Shown here: positions 39,441 through 49,107 of the stretch, piece after piece
Layout: every line of letters starts with the position of its first letter
Numbering within the stretch: position 1 is the stretch's first letter
From: Flavobacteriales bacterium
Lineage (GTDB): Bacteria > Bacteroidota > Bacteroidia > Flavobacteriales_D > CAJJDF01
Assembly: GCA_018609055.1 (NCBI GenBank)
Contig: JABAYJ010000006.1
Coordinates: 394,805-458,804 of the forward strand
Direction of reading: 5' to 3'
DNA: 64,000 bases
The notes under the pieces: model-generated
What the model was told of the DNA's origin: nothing
Seen by the model: only the letters and a program-made list of their open reading frames with translations
Database searches by the model: none
Translations under genes and position numbers: made by a program

Positions 39441-40397
39441 ATGAGCAAAAGAGCAAAATATAAATACGACCCTAACACACTTCAATACCAAAAAATTGAA
39501 TTGACTCTTGGCGAAATATTAAAAAAAATACTAAAATATTCTGGAGTAGGCCTTTTGATAGCAGGGATTATTATACTAATCTCCTACCCTTTTATTCAAG
39601 ATTATTCAACAAGGAAAGCTCAAAAGAAAATTGAATTTTTAGAAAACAATTACCGATCGATAAACTCCGAAATGGATACCATTATAGCTGTTTTACAAGA
39701 TTTACAAGAAACAGACAACAACCTTTACAGAGTAATTTTTGAAGCCGAACCCTACAAAAATAATGAGCTAACTAGAGCAAATGTTGTAGAAAAAAAAACT
39801 CATGAAGATTATGTAATATCATTAAGAGAAAGACTAATCTCACTTACCAAAAGTGTTGTGGGACAGTCTAAATCATTTGATGAGCTCATAGCTTTAGCTT
39901 TAGATAAAGAAAAACTCTTACGAGCAGTCCCATCTATCATACCTATCGAAGATAAAGAGCTTACAAGACTTTCCTCTCCTTTTGGAATAAGAAATGACCC
40001 AATTTATAACGTTCCAAAAATGCACTCAGGATTAGATTTTACAGCTCCAACTGGATCTAAAATTTATGCAGCTGGTGATGGAATAATAGAAATTATGGAG
40101 TTTAGTTCTGGAGGATACGGTAATCATGTTGTAGTGAATCATGGGTTTGGATACAAATCCCATTATGCTCACATGAGCGAATTCAAAACCAGAGTTGGAA
40201 AAAAAGTGCAAAGAGGTGAATTAATTGGTTTGGTGGGTAGCACAGGAAAATCAACTGCACCTCATTTACATTATGAGGTAATAAAAAACGGCAATAAAAT
40301 TGACCCAATCAATTTCTTTTTTACTGACATAACCCCAGAACAATATCAACAAATAGTTGAAAAAGCAAAAAATACTGGAGGTTCTTCATTAGACTAA
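39441..40397 (+). CDS. M23-family metallopeptidase
   Basis: N-terminal TM, coiled region, and HSGLDFTAPTGSKIYAAGDG…HLHYEV. Confidence 0.85.
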   Translation: MSKRAKYKYDPNTLQYQKIELTLGEILKKILKYSGVGLLIAGIIILISYPFIQDYSTRKAQKKIEFLENNYRSINSEMDTIIAVLQDLQETDNNLYRVIFEAEPYKNNELTRANVVEKKTHEDYVISLRERLISLTKSVVGQSKSFDELIALALDKEKLLRAVPSIIPIEDKELTRLSSPFGIRNDPIYNVPKMHSGLDFTAPTGSKIYAAGDGIIEIMEFSSGGYGNHVVVNHGFGYKSHYAHMSEFKTRVGKKVQRGELIGLVGSTGKSTAPHLHYEVIKNGNKIDPINFFFTDITPEQYQQIVEKAKNTGGSSLD

Positions 40398-40410
40398 AAT
40401 TTTCATCATC

Positions 40411-40743
40411 ATGATTAACATTGAATTAGACAAAAACAAAATGTACTACTCTATTGGTGAGGTATCCAAAATTTTTGATGTGAATGCCTCTTTAATTAGA
40501 TTTTGGGAAAAGGAATTCAAACAACTTTCGCCAAAAAAAGCTGAAAGTGGTAAAAGAAAATTCACTGAAAAAGACATCAAAAACATTCAAGTTATTTATC
40601 ATTTGGTAAAGGAAAAGGGGTATACTTTGGATGGAGCAAAATCTTACTTGAAAACAAGTAAAAATGAAATAAATAAAATAGTTGAAATAGAGTTGAAACT
40701 GAATAATATAAAAACTACTTTAGCCCAACTATTAGAATCATGA
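40411..40743 (+). CDS. MerR-family transcriptional regulator (short form)
   Basis: The HTH is YYSIGEVSKIFDVNASLIRFWEKEF. The stop overlaps the next start (ATGA). Confidence 0.8.
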   Translation: MINIELDKNKMYYSIGEVSKIFDVNASLIRFWEKEFKQLSPKKAESGKRKFTEKDIKNIQVIYHLVKEKGYTLDGAKSYLKTSKNEINKIVEIELKLNNIKTTLAQLLES

Positions 40744-41162
40744 AAGAAGTAACTATTATAAGACGCGAGCGTTTCTGCTCTGCACACAAACTTTGGAACC
40801 CAAATTGGGATGCAAAAAAAAACGAAGAGACTTTTGGCGGTTGTTCCAATCCTAATTGGCATGGCCACAATTATGAGTTGATAGTAAAAGTTGCTGGTGA
40901 AATTGAACCAGAAACAGGATTTGTAATGAATCTAAAAACTTTATCTAAAATACTTAAGTATAAAGTGATAGATAAACTAGATCATAAAAACTTAAACTTG
41001 GATGTAGATTTCTTGAAAGATAAAAGGACTACAACAGAAGTAGTAGCAGTGGCTATTTGGGAAGAGATAGAGGAAGAAATAAAAATAAAAGGCGGAAAAT
41101 TAATAAGTGTGAGAGTGAATGAAACTGAAAATAACTCAGTGGAATACTTTGGCGAAAAATAA
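40740..41162 (+). CDS. 6-pyruvoyl-tetrahydropterin synthase (Cx5HGH, PTPS-type paralog)
   Basis: FCSAHKL…[15 protein letters not shown] closely resembles the animal/bacterial PTPS active-site motif. Confidence 0.8.
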   Translation: MKEVTIIRRERFCSAHKLWNPNWDAKKNEETFGGCSNPNWHGHNYELIVKVAGEIEPETGFVMNLKTLSKILKYKVIDKLDHKNLNLDVDFLKDKRTTTEVVAVAIWEEIEEEIKIKGGKLISVRVNETENNSVEYFGEK

Positions 41163-41166
41163 AAAA

Positions 41167-41763
41167 ATGGGCTACAAAAAAATTGAACAATATGACGATA
41201 AGAAAACAGAAAAAATGTCTGCTTTCTATGAGGAAATATTGAAAGACTTGGGTGAAGACCCAAAAAGAGAAGGATTACTAAAAACTCCAGAAAGGGTTTC
41301 TAAAGCTATGCAGTTTTTGACTCATGGTTACGATATTAACCCAAGTGAGATTATAAAATCTGCCATGTTTAATGAAGATTACAGCCAAATGGTGCTAGTA
41401 AAAAACATTGAACTATACTCTATGTGTGAGCACCACATGTTGCCTTTCTTTGGAAAAGCACACATTGCTTACATCCCTAACGGTAAAATTGTAGGATTAA
41501 GTAAAATCCCAAGAGTGGTTGACGCTTTTGCAAGAAGACTTCAGGTGCAGGAAAGATTGACAAACGAAATTAGAGATTGCATTCAAGATACTCTTCAACC
41601 ACTTGGTGTTGCTGTTGTAATTGAGGCAAGCCATATGTGCATGCAAATGAGAGGTGTAGAAAAACAAAACTCTGTTACTACAACTTCTGCGTTTACAGGT
41701 ACATTTTTAGAGGAAGCAACTAGGCAAGAATTCATAAAATTAGTATCTTCGAATCTACATTAA
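41167..41763 (+). CDS. folE: GTP cyclohydrolase I
   Basis: [31 protein letters not shown] and [12 protein letters not shown] 41167 is preferred over the track start at 41119, which would overlap the upstream gene. Confidence 0.9.
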   Translation: MGYKKIEQYDDKKTEKMSAFYEEILKDLGEDPKREGLLKTPERVSKAMQFLTHGYDINPSEIIKSAMFNEDYSQMVLVKNIELYSMCEHHMLPFFGKAHIAYIPNGKIVGLSKIPRVVDAFARRLQVQERLTNEIRDCIQDTLQPLGVAVVIEASHMCMQMRGVEKQNSVTTTSAFTGTFLEEATRQEFIKLVSSNLH

Positions 41764-41773
41764 GTAATTAAAA

Positions 41774-42496
41774 ATGGAAGACAGAAACTCATACAACTCA
41801 ATACTTGATGCTGCCGCACAGGATAAAACAATGGCTAAATCATTTATGGCAAATGTATTTTCGTACATGTTTATGGGCTTATTAATAACAGGGATTATAT
41901 CCTGGTATTTTGCTTATGCTGGACTTGTAGAAAAATATTTGATAACAGAAACAGGAGCATCTCCTTTATATTATATTGCGGCTTTTGCACCACTTGGATT
42001 TGTGTTTTTAATGAGTTTAGGATACAATAAATTAAGTGCATCATCTATGCTTATTTTGTTCATCACATTTGCAACACTTATGGGCGTTAGTTTAAGTACT
42101 ATCTTTCTTAGATATAGTGGTGCAGACATTTCAACTGCATTTTTCTCTGCTTCATCTGTATTTGCTATTATGGCAGTAGTAGGATATACAACTACAACCG
42201 ATTTAACAAAACTTGGAAACATACTTTACATTGGATTAATTGGGATAATTGTAGCAATGATTGCTAATTTCTTTATGCAAAGTAGCATGATGAGTTATGT
42301 AATTAGTGTTATTGGAGTTATCATTTTTACAGGTTTAACAGCTTATGATGTTCAAAAACTAAAGAGAATTGGTGAAGGAGCAGAAATAGGAACTGCATCA
42401 ACTAAAAAACGAGCTATATACGGAGCATTGGATTTATACCTCGATTTCATCAACTTATTCTTATTTCTTCTAAGACTTTTTGGAGGAAGAGACTAA
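41774..42496 (+). CDS. Bax inhibitor-1/YccA-family membrane protein
   Basis: 240 aa, seven TM helices, with TAYDVQKLK and LDLYLDFINLFLFLLRLFG. Confidence 0.85.
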   Translation: MEDRNSYNSILDAAAQDKTMAKSFMANVFSYMFMGLLITGIISWYFAYAGLVEKYLITETGASPLYYIAAFAPLGFVFLMSLGYNKLSASSMLILFITFATLMGVSLSTIFLRYSGADISTAFFSASSVFAIMAVVGYTTTTDLTKLGNILYIGLIGIIVAMIANFFMQSSMMSYVISVIGVIIFTGLTAYDVQKLKRIGEGAEIGTASTKKRAIYGALDLYLDFINLFLFLLRLFGGRD

Positions 42497-42549
42497 TTAA
42501 ATTTGTGTCGGTTCAAGCAATTAATTACTTTTACAAAAAAAAGAACAAC

Positions 42550-42645
42550 ATGTCTGATAATTATTTTCACGAAAATTCAGGAACAATAGGATACGTATAC
42601 ACAGCTGTAGCTCTTATGGTTATTTGTTACCTTATCTTTTTCTAG
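42550..42645 (+). CDS. Candidate 31-aa small membrane protein (below the ORF-track cutoff)
   Basis: MSDNYFHENSGTIGYVYTAVALMVICYLIFF*, followed directly by a terminator hairpin. Confidence 0.35.
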   Translation: MSDNYFHENSGTIGYVYTAVALMVICYLIFF

Positions 42646-42653
42646 CATTTAAA

Positions 42654-42677
42654 AAGTCTGATAATTTCAGGCTTTTT
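42654..42677 (+). terminator. Rho-independent terminator
   Basis: AAGTCTGA pairs with TCAGGCTT (one G·U), followed by T5. Confidence 0.6.
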
Positions 42678-42699
42678 CTATTAAAACCCCTTTTTGTAT

Positions 42700-44196
42700 A
42701 TGCCATTTGACACTATTTTTTCTTGGATAATTAAGAAAAGAATAGATCAAATTAAGCAATTCACGAACAATCCTATTCAGGCTCAGCAAACTGTATTTAC
42801 TACATTGCTAGATAAAGCTAAGAATACTGAAATAGGAAAATCACATGGATTTGCAGGAGTTTCTAACTTTAACGAATTCAAACAAAATACTCCAATAAGG
42901 ACTTACGAAGATCTTTTTCCCTTTATCGAGAAATCAATGAAAGGGCAAGAGAATATCTTGTGGCCTGGTAAAATACAGTGGTTTTCTAAATCATCTGGAA
43001 CTACAGATGCAAAAAGTAAATTAATTCCTGTTACCCAAGAAGCAATTCAAGATTGCCATTACAAAGGAGGAAAGGATTTACTGAGTATTTATTACCACAA
43101 CAATCCTAATGCTAAGTTATTCTCGGGGAAGCATCTTATTTTGGGAGGAAACACCTCACTCAACAAACTAAATGAGAACAGTTACTTTGGTGACTTATCA
43201 GCTATCATAGTAAAGAATCTTCCTTTTTGGGCCGAAATAAGACGAACGCCTAATCGTGAAATCACACTCATGGAAAATTGGGATGAGAAAATTGTCAAAA
43301 TGGCTAAAGCAGCTTTAAAAGAAGATGTGAAGATTATTGCAGGAGTTCCATCTTGGATGCTTGTATTACTTAATAAAATACTAGAAGTTTCCGAAGGTAA
43401 AACCATTAATCAGATATGGCCAAACCTTGAACTTTACATGCATGGTGGTGTAAATTTTGATCCTTATAAAAATCAATTTGATTCGATAATAAATTCAGCT
43501 AAACTCAACTATTACCAAACTTACAATGCCTCCGAAGGTTTTTTCTCATTACAAAATGAGAATAAAGCTGATGACATGCTGTTAATGTTGGATTACGGTA
43601 TATTCTACGAATTTATACCTATGGATAAATTCAATGGAACAAACTCAGAAACTATTGAATTGGAGCAAGTTGAGTTAAACAAAAATTATGCTTTGGTTAT
43701 CTCCACAAACGGAGGACTTTGGAGGTATTTAATTGGGGACACAATTAAATTCACTTCACTCTCCCCTTTCAAGATAAAAGTAACTGGGAGAACAAAACAT
43801 TTTATTAATGCATTTGGCGAAGAACTCATTATAGAAAATACGGATATTGCAATAAAGTTAGCCTGCGAACAAACTGAATCTGCTTTTAAAGAATATACTG
43901 TAGCTCCTAAGTATATAGATGGAACAAAAAAAGGAGCTCACCAATGGCTCATTGAATTTTCAAAAGCACCCCAAGACATCAATAGATTTTTAAAAATTTT
44001 AGACAACAAAATTCAAGAGTTAAACTCTGATTATGAGGCTAAAAGAAAAATGGTGCTTTCACTTCCTGAAGTTATGATAGTAGATGATGGCACTTTTAAT
44101 AAATGGCTGAAATCTAAAGATAAACTCGGTGGACAAAACAAAATCCCTCGGTTAAGTAATAACAGAACCTTTATTGAGGAGATTCTTCAAAATTAA
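42700..44196 (+). CDS. GH3 (auxin-responsive-promoter) family adenylate-forming enzyme homolog
   Basis: About 498 aa with FSKSSGTT and the overall N-terminal pattern of bacterial GH3-family proteins. ATG 42700 is preferred over TTG 42694. Confidence 0.75.
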   Translation: MPFDTIFSWIIKKRIDQIKQFTNNPIQAQQTVFTTLLDKAKNTEIGKSHGFAGVSNFNEFKQNTPIRTYEDLFPFIEKSMKGQENILWPGKIQWFSKSSGTTDAKSKLIPVTQEAIQDCHYKGGKDLLSIYYHNNPNAKLFSGKHLILGGNTSLNKLNENSYFGDLSAIIVKNLPFWAEIRRTPNREITLMENWDEKIVKMAKAALKEDVKIIAGVPSWMLVLLNKILEVSEGKTINQIWPNLELYMHGGVNFDPYKNQFDSIINSAKLNYYQTYNASEGFFSLQNENKADDMLLMLDYGIFYEFIPMDKFNGTNSETIELEQVELNKNYALVISTNGGLWRYLIGDTIKFTSLSPFKIKVTGRTKHFINAFGEELIIENTDIAIKLACEQTESAFKEYTVAPKYIDGTKKGAHQWLIEFSKAPQDINRFLKILDNKIQELNSDYEAKRKMVLSLPEVMIVDDGTFNKWLKSKDKLGGQNKIPRLSNNRTFIEEILQN

Positions 44197-44240
44197 ATCA
44201 AAAAAAAGGTAACTTTATCCTTTCTATTTCGAAATAAAAC

Positions 44241-45395
44241 ATGAGTAAAAAAGGCATAGCAATATTAGGTTCTACTGGTTCTATTGGTACCCAAGCACTA
44301 GAAGTAATTGAACAATTTCCAGATAAATTTGAATTAATTGCACTTACTGCAAATCGAAATGCTGATTTACTGATTGAACAAGCTCTTAAATACAAACCAA
44401 ATACGGTTGTTATTGTTGACGAAAGTCAATACAAAAAAGTAAAAGATGTACTTTGGGAACACGACATAAAAGTATATTCTGGCGAAGATTCATTGAACCA
44501 AGTAGTAGAAATGACCGAAATTGAAACAGTACTTACTGCAACAGTTGGCTATTCAGGACTTTTACCTACAATCAATGCAATTAATGCAGGTAAAAATATC
44601 GCTTTAGCAAACAAAGAAACTTTGGTTGTAGCTGGTGATATTGTAACCAAGTTAGCACAACAAAAAGGAGTAAACATTTACCCAGTAGATTCCGAACACT
44701 CTGCAATATTCCAGTGTTTGGCTGGTAATTTTGATAATAAAATTGAGAAACTTATTCTTACTGCTTCAGGTGGACCTTTTAGAGGGAAGACTCATGAAGA
44801 ACTAAAATCAGTAACGAGGGAACAAGCTCTAAAACACCCAAACTGGGAAATGGGTGCAAAAATAACTATCGATTCTGCTTCGCTAATGAACAAAGGTTTG
44901 GAAGTTATTGAAGCCAAATGGCTTTTTGGAATCCCTGCCGACAAAATAGAAGTTGTGGTTCACCCTCAATCAATAATTCACTCAGCTGTTCAATTTGAAG
45001 ACAGTAGTATATTAGCTCAAATGGGAATCCCTAGCATGAAAGTGCCAATTCAATATGCACTTACTTACCCAGAAAGACCAAAATCAAATTTTGAACGTTT
45101 TAGCTTTTTTGATTATCCAAACTTAACTTTTGAAAAGCCAGATATTGAGACTTTTAAAAACTTAAAACTAGCTTTTGAAGTTCTTGATATGGGAGGAAAC
45201 TCGGCCTGTGTATTAAATGCAGCAAACGAAATAACGAACAAAGCATTTTTAGATGGTAAAATCTCTTTTCTTCAAATTGGAGATATTAATGAGAATACTA
45301 TTGAGAAAAGTGAGTTTATAGCAAAGCCTACTCTCGAAGATTATATCGAGACAAATAAGCTGGCTCGAAAATTAGCCGAAGATTTTTGTAATTAA
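44241..45395 (+). CDS. dxr: 1-deoxy-D-xylulose-5-phosphate reductoisomerase
   Basis: GSTGSIGTQAL, LANKETLV, DSEHSAIFQC and NKGLEVIEA. Confidence 0.95.
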   Translation: MSKKGIAILGSTGSIGTQALEVIEQFPDKFELIALTANRNADLLIEQALKYKPNTVVIVDESQYKKVKDVLWEHDIKVYSGEDSLNQVVEMTEIETVLTATVGYSGLLPTINAINAGKNIALANKETLVVAGDIVTKLAQQKGVNIYPVDSEHSAIFQCLAGNFDNKIEKLILTASGGPFRGKTHEELKSVTREQALKHPNWEMGAKITIDSASLMNKGLEVIEAKWLFGIPADKIEVVVHPQSIIHSAVQFEDSSILAQMGIPSMKVPIQYALTYPERPKSNFERFSFFDYPNLTFEKPDIETFKNLKLAFEVLDMGGNSACVLNAANEITNKAFLDGKISFLQIGDINENTIEKSEFIAKPTLEDYIETNKLARKLAEDFCN

Positions 45396-45421
45396 TTTAA
45401 ACCTAAACTGTTTTAACCTTC

Positions 45422-46762
45422 ATGGGAACATTAGTCATTATCGCTCAATTAATTTTAGCACTAGCCATCTTAGTGGTTTTACACGAATTAGGGCACTTTA
45501 TTCCCGCAAAACTATTCAAAATTAAGGTCGAAAAATTCTATTTGTTTTTCAATCCATGGTTTTCACTTTTCAAAATTAAAAAAGGAGATACCGAATACGG
45601 TATTGGATGGTTACCACTTGGAGGTTACGTTAAAATTGCTGGTATGATTGATGAATCAATGGATACCGACCAAATGAAACAACCGCCAAAACCAGATGAA
45701 TTTAGATCCAAACCAACTTGGCAAAGATTAATTATTATGATTGGTGGTGTTACTGTAAATATTCTTCTGGCCTTTTTTCTTTATGCAATGATAGCCTATT
45801 TCTGGGGAAAAGATTACGTTAAAAACCAAGATTACATTTATGGGATTGAAGTCCTTACCGAAAAACTAGAAGGCGAGAATCTTTTTATGAATGGGGATAA
45901 AATTTTGGCTGTTGAAGGTGAACCTTTAGATGATTTAATGCAAGCCAATAGCAAAATGCTAATTAACCAAGCTAAAAACTATACGGTTGAAAGAAATGGT
46001 GAAATAGTAGAGATTACAATTAAAGAAGAAGGAGTTGACTACATGTTAGAAGAGGAAAACATTGTGTTTAGACCAAGAATTCCTTCAATAATTGATTCAG
46101 TTTTAGATAGAAGTTTAGCAAACAAAACCGGCTTAAAAAAAGGAGACAAATTCAATACTTTAAATGGTGAAAATGTTGAAATGTATGATGATTTCAGAAA
46201 GACAATTATACAATTAAAATCAATACAAACTGATTCATTTGAAATGGTTATAAATAGAAATGGAGAATTATTGACCCTTTCAGGACAATTTGATACTTCA
46301 TACACTTTTGGTTTTTATAATGTGAATGCCTACAGTGATGTTTTCAAAAAAACACACATAAGCTACACTTTTGGAGAAGCAATTCCAGAAGGATATCGTA
46401 TTGCCAAAAAAACTTTGAGTGATTACATAAGTCAATTCAAACTTATTTTTACAAAAAAAGAGGCAGTAAAAAAAGTTGGTGGTTTTGGTACCATTGCAAA
46501 AATTTTCCCAACTACTTGGGACTGGAGAACATTCTGGTCGCGCACAGCATTCTTATCAGTTGTACTTGCATTCATGAATATACTCCCAATACCGGCTTTG
46601 GATGGAGGTCACGTTATGTTCTTACTATACGAAATGATAGCAGGAAGACCACCAAGCGATAAGTTTTTAGAAAAAGCACAATTATTCGGCTTCATGATAT
46701 TGGTTTCACTTATGCTCTTGGCTAATGGAAATGATGTTTACAGATGGATTACAGGTAATTAA
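45422..46762 (+). CDS. rseP: RIP metalloprotease RseP (site-2 protease)
   Basis: HELGHF, PDZ region and LNILPIPALDGGH. Confidence 0.9.
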   Translation: MGTLVIIAQLILALAILVVLHELGHFIPAKLFKIKVEKFYLFFNPWFSLFKIKKGDTEYGIGWLPLGGYVKIAGMIDESMDTDQMKQPPKPDEFRSKPTWQRLIIMIGGVTVNILLAFFLYAMIAYFWGKDYVKNQDYIYGIEVLTEKLEGENLFMNGDKILAVEGEPLDDLMQANSKMLINQAKNYTVERNGEIVEITIKEEGVDYMLEEENIVFRPRIPSIIDSVLDRSLANKTGLKKGDKFNTLNGENVEMYDDFRKTIIQLKSIQTDSFEMVINRNGELLTLSGQFDTSYTFGFYNVNAYSDVFKKTHISYTFGEAIPEGYRIAKKTLSDYISQFKLIFTKKEAVKKVGGFGTIAKIFPTTWDWRTFWSRTAFLSVVLAFMNILPIPALDGGHVMFLLYEMIAGRPPSDKFLEKAQLFGFMILVSLMLLANGNDVYRWITGN

Positions 46763-46764
46763 GT

Positions 46765-46932
46765 ATGTTATATTATATTGGAATAGGAATATTAGTTTTG
46801 GTAATTGCCTTTTTTATGGCAGCTACACAAAAAGCTAGAGGATACAATTTTTGGCGATACTTTATCGTTTCCCTTGTAATTGTAGCAAGTATTTATATGA
46901 TGTTAGAAAACTTAGTTCTTAAACCCAAATAG
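46765..46932 (+). CDS. Candidate 55-aa two-TM small protein (below the ORF-track cutoff)
   Basis: MLYYIGIGILVLVIAFFMAATQKARGYNFWRYFIVSLVIVASIYMMLENLVLKPK*. It starts 2 nt after the rseP stop. Confidence 0.4.
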   Translation: MLYYIGIGILVLVIAFFMAATQKARGYNFWRYFIVSLVIVASIYMMLENLVLKPK

Positions 46933-47020
46933 GTTTTAGATTGATAAAAATCAATTTTCTAATCGCATAAAATTCGCAAACAAAATTTATCCCTATATTT
47001 ATTGAACTAACAACTAATAA

Positions 47021-48568
47021 TTGAAGTCACAAAAATTATATTCAACCAAGCAAGTATGGAAAATAATCCTTTCCATTGTGGCACTATTAATTATTGGTAT
47101 ATCGCTCTGGTACAACAATCGGTTAGCTCGAGAAATACAAGATGAAGAAAGGCTAAGAGTTAAATTATGGAGTGAAACGGTTAAAAAACAAGCTCAATTA
47201 ATTAACCTTACAAATCAAACCTTTGACCAATTAAAAGCGGAAGAGGAAGACAATATTAAGGACTATACTTTTGCCACAAACGAAATAGCAACAAGAGAAT
47301 TTAACGATTATACCTTTGTAATGCATTTCATGTCAAAGGATAATAATATCCCTCTAATTATTGAAACTGCAACCAATCAAAACAACAAGATAACTCAGTA
47401 TTTTGAAGGGCGAAATTTAGAATCATTAAAAGATTCAGTTTTAAACCTGCCTTCATTTAGAGATTCACTAAATCAACTATTAAATAATTGGGAAAGAGGA
47501 AATAAGAGTATTGAAATAAAAAGTACTGCTAATCAATCTCAAATATTTCATTTTGGTGATTCCAAATTATTAAAAGTTTTAAAAAATAAAAGAGATTCAT
47601 TAATTAATTCATTTGAAAATCAACTGATTTCGAACTCTGCATCTATTCCTATACTTTATGTTGATTCTGTTTCTGGTAAAATAAAACGAACTATAAATAT
47701 TGACCAGGAGGAGATAAAAGACAGCTTGAGCATTGCCAATACAATAGTTCGCATGTCAAAAGAAAACCCTAAAATCAAAATTTCTTTTGGAGAAGATGAG
47801 ACTGGTTTCATCTATTATTCCGAGTCTAGTTTACTAAAGCGACTTCGCTCCTATCCTTGGATTCAATTAGTAATTATATTTTTATTCTTGATGGTTTCCT
47901 ATTTCTTGTTTAGTACTTTCCGTAAAGCTGAACAAAACCAAGTTTGGGCAGGAATGGCAAAAGAAACAGCTCATCAATTAGGTACTCCTTTATCATCCTT
48001 AATGGCTTGGCTCGAAATTATTAAAGCTGACGGAGTACCAGAATCTTCTATTATAGAAATGAATAAGGATATAAATAGACTGAATACTATTACCGATCGT
48101 TTTTCTAAAATTGGTTCAAAAGTAAAAGCCAAAGAAGAAAATATATACAGCTCAGTAGAACAGTCTATTCATTATTTGAGGGCTCGTGTTTCCAAACAAG
48201 TAAATCTTGACTTAAAAGGTGATAAAAATGCCATTGCAAGCATAAATTCATCCCTGTTTGAGTGGGTAATTGAGAACCTAACCAAAAATGCCATTGATGC
48301 CATTCAAGGTAAAAAAGGAAGTGTTACCTATGAAATTCAGGATTTAGATAATAAAGTGATTTTAGATGTTACCGATACCGGAAAAGGAATTCCTTCTTCT
48401 AGTTTTAAATCTATTTTTAATCCAGGATACTCAACCAAAGAAAGAGGCTGGGGATTGGGACTAAGCCTAGTAAAAAGAATTGTTGAAGAACAATTGAAAG
48501 GAAAAATATACGTCCTAAACTCTAAAATAGACCAAGGAACCACTTTCAGAATAATATTGAAAAAGTAA
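47021..48568 (+). CDS. Sensor histidine kinase (HisKA + HATPase_c), no cognate regulator adjacent
   Basis: Two TM helices flank a ~250-aa extracytoplasmic region. H-box ETAHQLGTPLSSL, N-box NLTKNAIDA, and G-boxes DTGKGI and GWGLGLS. TTG start. Confidence 0.85.
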   Translation: MKSQKLYSTKQVWKIILSIVALLIIGISLWYNNRLAREIQDEERLRVKLWSETVKKQAQLINLTNQTFDQLKAEEEDNIKDYTFATNEIATREFNDYTFVMHFMSKDNNIPLIIETATNQNNKITQYFEGRNLESLKDSVLNLPSFRDSLNQLLNNWERGNKSIEIKSTANQSQIFHFGDSKLLKVLKNKRDSLINSFENQLISNSASIPILYVDSVSGKIKRTINIDQEEIKDSLSIANTIVRMSKENPKIKISFGEDETGFIYYSESSLLKRLRSYPWIQLVIIFLFLMVSYFLFSTFRKAEQNQVWAGMAKETAHQLGTPLSSLMAWLEIIKADGVPESSIIEMNKDINRLNTITDRFSKIGSKVKAKEENIYSSVEQSIHYLRARVSKQVNLDLKGDKNAIASINSSLFEWVIENLTKNAIDAIQGKKGSVTYEIQDLDNKVILDVTDTGKGIPSSSFKSIFNPGYSTKERGWGLGLSLVKRIVEEQLKGKIYVLNSKIDQGTTFRIILKK

Positions 48569-48577
48569 ACTATACAA

Positions 48578-49039
48578 ATGCCAATTTACAGAGAACTTAC
48601 CCTAGACGAACTAAAACTTTTTGAACAAGAATTTAAAGAGTTTTTGGCTGTAAACGGAATAGATGCAGACTTGTGGAAACAGATGAAAACTGACGACCAA
48701 AACAAAGTAAATCAACTGATTTCAAGTTTTAGTGATGTCATTTACAACTCTGTTTTATTAAAACTAGAATACATAGAGTTTGCTACCCAAAATGACATCA
48801 AATACTTTTATTACGGAAAAGAAAAAGCTGAATTAATTGGCTTACAAAGCAATGAAGTGAGCTTTACTAATCCCGAAGAAGTGATAAAAGCAATTGAAGA
48901 AAAAAAGGTGTCGATAAAATCATATAAAACCTCAAAAGCTTACACTAAAAAGCGTGAAGAAGAATTATTTGATATGATTAAGAATGGCTGCCAGCCATCT
49001 GATGGAAAGATGTTTAAGTTACTTTCTTCGGCTGTATAA
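48578..49039 (+). CDS. Conserved hypothetical protein (DUF6495-like)
   Basis: 153-aa acidic ORF 9 nt after the kinase gene. The family name is recalled from the N-terminal pattern YRELT..EL..FE.EFKEFLA and is uncertain. Confidence 0.5.
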   Translation: MPIYRELTLDELKLFEQEFKEFLAVNGIDADLWKQMKTDDQNKVNQLISSFSDVIYNSVLLKLEYIEFATQNDIKYFYYGKEKAELIGLQSNEVSFTNPEEVIKAIEEKKVSIKSYKTSKAYTKKREEELFDMIKNGCQPSDGKMFKLLSSAV

Positions 49040-49107
49040 ATTCGGACTCTTAGCCTAAAGTATAATAACCTATATTTGAAAAAAGAAATCTCTAAACTAT
49101 TAAAACC

